The notes under the pieces are model-generated. The model did no database searches. It was given only the letters and a program-made list of their open reading frames with translations, and was not told the DNA's origin. Shown here piece by piece: positions 58,331-64,000 of a stretch of DNA of 64,000 nt; position 1 is the stretch's first letter, and each line of letters begins with the position of its first letter. Both the position numbers and the translations under genes were made by a program. Source of the DNA: a virus; IMG/VR virus record IMGVR_UViG_3300007177_000055, positions 1 to 64,000 of that record; one strand, given 5' to 3'.

Positions 58331-58603
58331 ATGCACCCAGAAGAAGCTTTAGCTCAAGTAAGATTTTTTGAACAACACAGACCTTATTTAGAACTTTATA
58401 ACGAACTATACATAAGAATGCTTAGCCTTGAAGAGCAGTACAAAGCGGCTCTAAGGCTACTAAGTTCAGCAGAAGACCGTAGCGACTTAGAATCTGTAGT
58501 AGGACTGCTTGCCAAAGCGGATAAGAAGTCTAAGTTAATGGCCCAACTACTAGTACAAGAAATCCATTCTGAATCCGATCCCATTCCCAACGACCGTTTT
58601 TAA
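58331..58603 (+). CDS. hypothetical protein
   Basis: Helical ORF in the replication operon. Confidence 0.55.
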   Translation: MHPEEALAQVRFFEQHRPYLELYNELYIRMLSLEEQYKAALRLLSSAEDRSDLESVVGLLAKADKKSKLMAQLLVQEIHSESDPIPNDRF

Positions 58604-59710
58604 ATGCGCAACTTTGCATACGCCTCAAACCCTAAAGTTTGGGGCGATTACTTTGGGCATGTTGAAGTTACCAACCTCTGTAAAAAATACGTAATAAACG
58701 GAGCGAGGTCTTTACCCCGCTCTCTTTTTGTTTCTGGGCCCTCTGGTGTGGGCAAAACAGCTTTAATACGCTTATTGATCCGATCGTTTAGGTGTCAAAA
58801 TCGTCCTGCTGACGACCCCAACCCGTGTGGTACCTGCCCTGCTTGCTTAGACTCAGACGAACGTTTAGGTGACAAAACCTTTACCGACGTATATTGGAAT
58901 CAACCGGGTGGAGGTGAAGACGAAACTCTGTATTCCCAAGTCAAGACCTCTTTAGCTTCAGCTGCCAGAGGTCAAGTGCGTACTAATCGCCCGGAAACAG
59001 ATGTTAAATGGGTAGTTTTCGACGAATGGCAAGCTTTTCCCAGCAACATTCAATCTGAGGTTCTATTACGTACTGAACTAGAAGTTCCAGGCAATAACGT
59101 TTGCTACGTCTTTTTGACTATGCAAGAAGACCGACTAAGCGAACAAAACAAAATAGCTTTGATGCGTCGAGGTTCTTTTTTCCGGTTGTTGCCGTTTAGT
59201 AATGGTGACATGCAACGCTTTATAGCTGAACGTTGGCCAAAAGTCAGCCCTGAAGTAAGAGCAATGATAGCCAATCGTTCTCGCGGGTCAACTGGTTTAG
59301 CAGTAGCTTATTACGATAACATCTGTCAAATCGACTCAGACCTAAATATAGACGTAGCCTCCTACGTACTAGGCCAAGCTCGCAACGACCACCGCTGGGC
59401 TTTGTGGCAAGCGTTAAACACTAGACAACGCATTACTACACTACAAGAAAGCCTAGAATTCTTGCAAACTAAAGTGGAACCGCTAGAGTTATCCAGACAG
59501 TTGCACCAAGACCTACTGCGAGCTATGGACCTAAACGGTGTACCTACTGCAGATCAACTTTACGCTTCGGAGATGCTGCTGCAGTACCAAGCACACTACC
59601 ACAACACTTCTTTAATTACCTACTTGATAGCTTTGATGGGTATGAATTTAGTAACAGAAGCCGCTGTACTTGCTACCTCGGGGGTTTCTTTTGGATATAC
59701 CTCGGTCTAA
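58604..59710 (+). CDS. dnaX: DNA polymerase III gamma/tau-like clamp loader
   Basis: GPSGVGKT..R....C....PCGTCPAC Zn module, FDE Walker B. Confidence 0.85.
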   Translation: MRNFAYASNPKVWGDYFGHVEVTNLCKKYVINGARSLPRSLFVSGPSGVGKTALIRLLIRSFRCQNRPADDPNPCGTCPACLDSDERLGDKTFTDVYWNQPGGGEDETLYSQVKTSLASAARGQVRTNRPETDVKWVVFDEWQAFPSNIQSEVLLRTELEVPGNNVCYVFLTMQEDRLSEQNKIALMRRGSFFRLLPFSNGDMQRFIAERWPKVSPEVRAMIANRSRGSTGLAVAYYDNICQIDSDLNIDVASYVLGQARNDHRWALWQALNTRQRITTLQESLEFLQTKVEPLELSRQLHQDLLRAMDLNGVPTADQLYASEMLLQYQAHYHNTSLITYLIALMGMNLVTEAAVLATSGVSFGYTSV

Positions 59711-60626
59711 AGTTTACCTTACGTTAGGTAACGTAGAGCAGCTCTACTACGTCTTGGGTCGCCGCATTAGGTGCTTATACCACCCATCTACTGCAGAACT
59801 AACTAAAGAAATTGAGGCTCCAGTACTGTTTGAAGACCCCGACGTTTTGGTCTGGCCTCTAAGCCAAAGTGCTACCGGTCTAATAAAAGCTCGTGCTAGC
59901 ACTGCCGCCGCTGGAGCTATACCTAGCGACCAGTTCGTTCGGGTAGCCCCTGGCAAAAGAGTCTTTATTATGTTTTGTGGTGTAGACGGGCTGGTTACTA
60001 AAGCTGACGCTGCTGCAGCTAAAAAGCTTGCAGGCGGATGCTTTGAAGTACTAGATCTTAGGACGCAACACTTTAAAACTGGGCAGCCTGAATTAGATTC
60101 AGTGCTAAAAGAATATCCACTAACAGCTAAGCACTCTTTAGCTCAGCTCAGACTACTTGACGCTAACATTAACTTCTTGGCGGGAGAGCTAACACGTACA
60201 CCTGAAATAGCTTTGATAGCTAGCTTAAACACCACAGAAGGTATTGGACGATGGGGTTGTTTTAATTCAGCTGAGCTTTACAGATACTTTTTACTCACAA
60301 ACTTTAATAAACCGCCACTTTTAGTTTGGGGTAGAGCATGGAGCCTAGAACCCTACTTAGCTCCTTTTGTAAACTTAATAAAACAAGACTTAAACGTAGC
60401 TAACCCTTCAGCTCACTTAGCTAAATTTGCAGCTTGGGTATACGGAGCTAGTCACCATTGGGCTACTCCTAGTACACCTGGACTTAGCTACTACCAACCA
60501 CCTAAAGGTTTGGGTTATTACCGGTTTAACCCTTCTATACCAGCTAAACGACACTGGCATGCTACACTTAAAGGAGACCTAGTTAGGCCTTCAAAAAACA
60601 AAGTACACCACCAGGTAACTCATTAA
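59670..60626 (+). CDS. hypothetical protein (possible clamp-loader delta-like subunit)
   Basis: Follows the dnaX-like gene; similar size; no clear motif. Confidence 0.5.
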   Translation: MLPRGFLLDIPRSKVYLTLGNVEQLYYVLGRRIRCLYHPSTAELTKEIEAPVLFEDPDVLVWPLSQSATGLIKARASTAAAGAIPSDQFVRVAPGKRVFIMFCGVDGLVTKADAAAAKKLAGGCFEVLDLRTQHFKTGQPELDSVLKEYPLTAKHSLAQLRLLDANINFLAGELTRTPEIALIASLNTTEGIGRWGCFNSAELYRYFLLTNFNKPPLLVWGRAWSLEPYLAPFVNLIKQDLNVANPSAHLAKFAAWVYGASHHWATPSTPGLSYYQPPKGLGYYRFNPSIPAKRHWHATLKGDLVRPSKNKVHHQVTH

Positions 60627-60654
60627 AAACTACCTTTATTATCACCGGAAAAAA

Positions 60655-62010
60655 ATGTCTGAAATCATTCCGTTTACGCCTAACTCTACAAACCTATATG
60701 AGCTAGACCTTAGCAATACCGAAAGTCTTTTTGACGATGACAGTTCATATACCCCTCAAGCTCTAAAAGCTGTACAAAAGCCAGTTGACAACACCTGGCG
60801 GGCTCACCGTACGGTGAAATTCCGAGAAGACAAGCTAAATTGGAAACTTCCTACCTCAGCAGCCGAACGAGCCGAAGGCAAAAAGAGCCCACAAGAAATA
60901 CTACCTTTTCACCAGTTTGTAGCTATCCGAGGAATCCCGCTCGGATTTCGTTACGGTTTTTCATTAACTGAGGGCTCCGGCGATGACTTTAAGGTTCACT
61001 GTACTACTACCAGAGTAGAAGAACATTTGGGTCAGAATTCTCGTACGATCGAAGATAGGTTTCCCCTAGAAATTCCGCTATCCAGAGTTTATCAGAAAAA
61101 AGCTACGCCGAATCAACCAAACAACTGGTTTAATAATCACCCTCACATTAAAGTGTACGGTTCTCGCCCGCCTGTTGGTATGCCGGAGTCTTATTCCGGT
61201 ACTCCTAGGGAGTGCAAAGATTGCGTACTTGCAGGTGAGCACTACATTGGCACCGAAGAAGAATTCAAGTCTGCAATGCAAATACCCACTTGCAGGATGT
61301 CCGGGTATTTACTGTTCGCTGTTACGCATTTAGGCAGCCAAGACTCTTCAGAGTTAATGGAAGATCCCGTTAACGGAAAGATCAAAGTAACTTGGCAAGC
61401 TGTAAAAGACGCCAAGCTCACTACCGAAGTTGACGGACAACGTGTACCCCTTGACCGACCATTTATCTTAAAAATTGAGGGTTTAGGTAGCAGTCAACAA
61501 TCAGCTATCGGTACCGGTCAGTACGACTGGAATGTTGAAACACAAGCTGACACCAACACGTCGATCTTGCCCGCCGGCGAGAAGCTCTATTCGGCCGGAG
61601 ACTTCTTCAATTACATCAACGACCCTAGATTCATTGGTATTCGCAACCGAAAGCTAAACAACGGGATGTTGGCTTACCCAGTAGTCACAGAAGTCTACAC
61701 CGGTAAGCTTAAAGAAGAAAAGAACGGGTCTAAGTACATCCCTGTGTTTCGGCCTGTAACCGATCCTGAAGTAATCGACAACGGTATGGGTTTAAAGCCC
61801 CAAGACTGGTTGATGAGTGCTTTGCAAACTTTGCAGTACGAGCGTTCCTTAGTTAACGCTAATGAGCAAGCTTTACCACCCGCTGCAATGTCCGCAGCTT
61901 TACCAGTCGCTGTTGAAGAGCCTACAACTAAAACTACAACTAAATCCAAAGCTACTGCAGCTACAGATTACTTAGCTTCCCAAAACTTTGAAGTATTTGG
62001 TAAGCCTTAA
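60655..62010 (+). CDS. hypothetical replication protein (possible ssDNA-binding/annealing)
   Basis: CKDC..CR motif and low-complexity tail; followed by a terminator. Confidence 0.6.
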   Translation: MSEIIPFTPNSTNLYELDLSNTESLFDDDSSYTPQALKAVQKPVDNTWRAHRTVKFREDKLNWKLPTSAAERAEGKKSPQEILPFHQFVAIRGIPLGFRYGFSLTEGSGDDFKVHCTTTRVEEHLGQNSRTIEDRFPLEIPLSRVYQKKATPNQPNNWFNNHPHIKVYGSRPPVGMPESYSGTPRECKDCVLAGEHYIGTEEEFKSAMQIPTCRMSGYLLFAVTHLGSQDSSELMEDPVNGKIKVTWQAVKDAKLTTEVDGQRVPLDRPFILKIEGLGSSQQSAIGTGQYDWNVETQADTNTSILPAGEKLYSAGDFFNYINDPRFIGIRNRKLNNGMLAYPVVTEVYTGKLKEEKNGSKYIPVFRPVTDPEVIDNGMGLKPQDWLMSALQTLQYERSLVNANEQALPPAAMSAALPVAVEEPTTKTTTKSKATAATDYLASQNFEVFGKP

Positions 62011-62022
62011 CCCAAATAACTG

Positions 62023-62043
62023 AGGGGGCTTCGGCCCCCTTTT
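62023..62043 (+). terminator. intrinsic terminator
   Basis: AGGGGGC-TTCG-GCCCCCT-TTT. Confidence 0.8.
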
Positions 62044-62046
62044 CCA

Positions 62047-63516
62047 ATGAAACCTACAATCAGCTTCAACGGCTCTGCAGCAGAACTAAGTGGAGTACCT
62101 AACTCCACTCACAAAAAGGTTTATGACTTACTGTCTTGGGAAGACTCTAATGTTTCGTATCAGAACTCACGATACAGAAATTCTCGCTGGAGGGAACCAG
62201 AAGATCCCACACGCAGCGCTTATGACCTGAAGACACACCAATTCCCTACTGGTTTAGTACCCAGGGTTTTAGTAAAACTAAAGCAACTAGGTTTTGATCC
62301 AGAATTAGTAAAGCAATACGTCAGCATTACCCCCACCGAACCAGAAATCCCTGAGTGGGCTTTTGACCACCAACGAAAAGCCGTAGAACTAGCTTTACAG
62401 CACCGTAGGTGCTTAATACAAGCTCCTGCTGGTTCTGGTAAAACTTACATTTTAGTGTTTATAGCTAGTTGTTTTCCTGAAGCCCAAATACTAATCACTA
62501 TACACAACTCAGACATTTTTCTGGGACTACATAAAACTTTCAGTTCCTACTTTGACGAACCCATCGGACAAATTGGTCGTGGTAAAAAGAAATGGGAGCG
62601 CATTACTATTGGCATGCAAAAGTCTTTAGCATTGTATGCCCAGACCGACTTTGCAGACCCTTTAAGCAAAGTAGACGTATTACTTGGAGACGAAGTTCAC
62701 CATTTTGGTTGCGGCGAAGGGTCTAAGATTTCGCTGGCCCTAACCAACACTTCCTATCGTATAGGGGTAAGTGCCACTAAAGATCGAGGTGATGGAGCCG
62801 ACTTCTTAGTAGAAGGAGCTTTTGGACCTTTAGCTTTGACCATACCAGAAATGGAAATGGTGAAACTAGGAGTTATACATGCACCTCAAGCGTATTTCTT
62901 AAGTGTGCCGGCTTTAAGCTCAAGTATTACAGCTGTAATTGAACAAGAACACCGTAACAACTTAAGAGAGGGTTACTACCGCAAAGGGATAGTTCAAAAC
63001 CCTTACCGCAATGAATTAGCAGTTGACGTAGTGTTAACTTTTTTAAGTTGCTCTACCCGCAGTGGTAACGCTCTCATTTTGGTTGAGCGGCTAGAACATG
63101 GATTAGAAATCCAACGCTTGTTAGCTGCAGCAGGTAAAAAAGTAGACTTCATTGAAGGTACAAATACTTCAAACGAAGTTCGTAAAGCTCAAATTACAGC
63201 TCTAAACAATCAAGAGATAGACGCCTTAATAGCAACTTCTATTACTGACGAAGGAGTTGACATCCCGGGTCTAGAACTAGTAGTCAACTTAGCCGGGGGT
63301 TCTAGTCAACGTGCCATAATACAACGTGCAGGAAGATCAGGCCGAATTGATCGTAAAGGATCTAAAACTAGATCCTTATACATAGATTTTGAGGATCTGG
63401 AACCTGCCTTTCTTCACAAAAACTACCGGAACCGTCAGCAACACTTAAACGCTCGTTTTCCAGGTTGCAGCTCTGTTACTACGCTTGATAAATTGAGATC
63501 TATCCTTAATGACTAA
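62047..63516 (+). CDS. SF2 (UvsW-like) DEAH helicase
   Basis: HQ, APAGSGKT, DEVH, SAT, EGVDIP, QRAGRSGR. Confidence 0.92.
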   Translation: MKPTISFNGSAAELSGVPNSTHKKVYDLLSWEDSNVSYQNSRYRNSRWREPEDPTRSAYDLKTHQFPTGLVPRVLVKLKQLGFDPELVKQYVSITPTEPEIPEWAFDHQRKAVELALQHRRCLIQAPAGSGKTYILVFIASCFPEAQILITIHNSDIFLGLHKTFSSYFDEPIGQIGRGKKKWERITIGMQKSLALYAQTDFADPLSKVDVLLGDEVHHFGCGEGSKISLALTNTSYRIGVSATKDRGDGADFLVEGAFGPLALTIPEMEMVKLGVIHAPQAYFLSVPALSSSITAVIEQEHRNNLREGYYRKGIVQNPYRNELAVDVVLTFLSCSTRSGNALILVERLEHGLEIQRLLAAAGKKVDFIEGTNTSNEVRKAQITALNNQEIDALIATSITDEGVDIPGLELVVNLAGGSSQRAIIQRAGRSGRIDRKGSKTRSLYIDFEDLEPAFLHKNYRNRQQHLNARFPGCSSVTTLDKLRSILND

Positions 63517-64000
63517 CAAGTTTCCTGGAGCCTCAAGTACACAAGCTGAAGTTCTAGCTCTAATCTTAGAGCACGCGGTAAAAACAGGCCTTTTAAAGGC
63601 AAGCGTCAACGAAGGGCTGGAGTCAATTCCAGCCCCCGATGAAGTACTACCTAAAAGACAGTATCAGTCACGTTAAATAATGTAAGTCTCCCTTTTCAAG
63701 AACTAAAAGAAGGTACCATTGAGTAGTATTGATCTATTACTATGTGGTTGCCTCAAAAAGCATACAACGGCAAAAAACCCTCAGCCGTAGCTACTACTAC
63801 TGTTGGGGTATGTGCCAGTCAAGTAGTAGCAGCTTCTTTACTACCACCGCCTTTTCCTTTGTTAGCGTTGCCTATAAGTTTACTGTTAGTACTATGGCTA
63901 ACATACATGCCAGCTAAGAAGAAAAATCTAGGTTTACGGCCACCCGAAGCTATACCTACCCTTATGTATGTTGAACCCCCTGTTAATAAGCAGTTTAAGT

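Noticed and set aside
63729-63917. ORF 63729..63917 (+)
   Set aside because: Low-complexity shadow of a probable - strand gene running off the window end.
1-64000. CRISPR array, integrase/att site, IS elements, DGR reverse transcriptase
   Set aside because: No regularly spaced repeats, recombinase or transposase motifs, or YxDD RT ORF were seen.

Overview
This is a 64-kb segment of a large (probably jumbo-type) tailed dsDNA phage, most likely a freshwater cyanophage. The host call rests on a cyanobacterial-type RpoD sigma factor, cyanophage-style tail/structural proteins and a GC-rich FGE-sulfatase C-terminus. The left part (1-25.7 kb) is a + strand accessory/early region. It holds rIIA/rIIB, an ADP-ribosylglycohydrolase, an atypical tRNA cluster in which one complete tRNA sits inside the anticodon loop of another, a pilin-like gene, a ~200-nt structured ncRNA candidate, a Prs-like + Nampt-like (NARP1-type NAD reconstitution) pair, tRNA-Ser, three metallophosphoesterases, HU, a dNMP kinase and several broken small genes. 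The middle (25.8-47.9 kb) has - strand lysis/tail genes interleaved with + strand genes: an RlpA-like protein, a beta-grasp ubiquitin-like protein, an intein-containing sigma factor, an HNH nuclease and a JAB-E2-E1(ThiF) operon. The right part (47.9-64 kb) is the replication module: a nuclease, RecA, a split PolA carrying two group I introns with decayed homing endonucleases, clamp-like and DnaX-like proteins, UDG and SNF2/SF2 helicases. The strongest candidates for new biology are a complete but dispersed phage-encoded ubiquitin-like conjugation system, the nested tRNA, the pseudoknotted ncRNA, the DGR-type variable region at the window start and the split PolA. All calls come from motif recognition by eye; no searches were run.
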